Shown piece by piece: positions 50,170 through 50,224 of a stretch of 50,224 bases of DNA. The notes under the pieces are model-generated. The model was given only the letters and a program-made list of their open reading frames with translations, did no database searches and had not been told where the DNA came from. Source of the DNA: a virus. Each line of letters begins with the position of its first letter. The first letter of the stretch is position 1. The stretch lies in IMG/VR virus record IMGVR_UViG_3300028549_002200. One strand, 5' to 3'. The translations under genes and the position numbers were made by a program.

Positions 50170-50224
50170 GACATACTCACCATCTTTAACATCATAAGTA
50201 TTGACATAATTGTCAACACCACAA
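49970..50224. repeat. Right copy of the exact 255-bp direct repeat
   Basis: Identical to 1..255. Also contains the 3' end of a second copy of the 64-aa gene (50166..50224). Confidence 0.9.

Noticed and set aside
1-50224. tRNA, rRNA and tmRNA genes, and CRISPR arrays
   Set aside because: - I scanned for T-loop-like GTTCRANYC contexts and for regularly spaced direct repeats.
- None was found by eye.
- A tRNAscan or Infernal run would be needed to be definitive.

Overview
This window looks like one complete, AT-rich, tailed-phage genome of 49,969 bp. Bases 1-255 are repeated exactly at 49970-50224. That repeat cuts through coding sequence, so it is more likely a circular or circularly permuted assembly overlap than a physical terminal repeat.

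There are three gene blocks:
- Leftward accessory/early arm, 197-10188 (minus strand). It holds many small, translationally coupled ORFs and one tightly packed operon at 686-7003.
- Rightward late block, 10974-41444 (plus strand). In order: TerS-like, TerL, portal, scaffold, major capsid, connector and fibre-like proteins, an embedded lysis cassette, then four large internal-virion-like proteins, one of them 2345 aa.
- Leftward block, 41471-50169 (minus strand). It holds two GT-A glycosyltransferases, a dATP/dGTP-diphosphohydrolase-like protein, a lipoprotein, DnaB helicase, an HTH protein, an ERF-type annealing protein and a YqaJ-like exonuclease.

No integrase, DNA polymerase, tRNA or CRISPR array was seen. 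Strong GGAGG-type ribosome-binding sites precede most genes.

The most unusual content is the 686-7003 operon. It places a ThiF/E1-like adenylyltransferase next to a protein with a JAB/JAMM motif (HTHPGGGSTSFSTTD). Around them sit a 78-aa protein ending in Gly, a 570-aa unknown, a small membrane protein and a treble-clef/RING-like zinc-finger protein. A separate 72-aa beta-grasp-like ORF lies just upstream. This resembles a ubiquitin-like conjugation/deconjugation system carried by a virus.

Other points worth follow-up:
- A GC-rich, repeat-laden non-coding island between the divergent arms.
- A palindromic TTGCCAAATTTGGCAG-type motif at three promoter-proximal loci.
- The 2345-aa protein, which carries an HExxH motif and an unassigned alpha/beta module.
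- A Cys-rich protein paired with a glutaredoxin-like protein.
- A nucleotide-pool enzyme clustered with glycosyltransferases.

All functional calls rest on motifs read by eye and on gene order. No database search was run.
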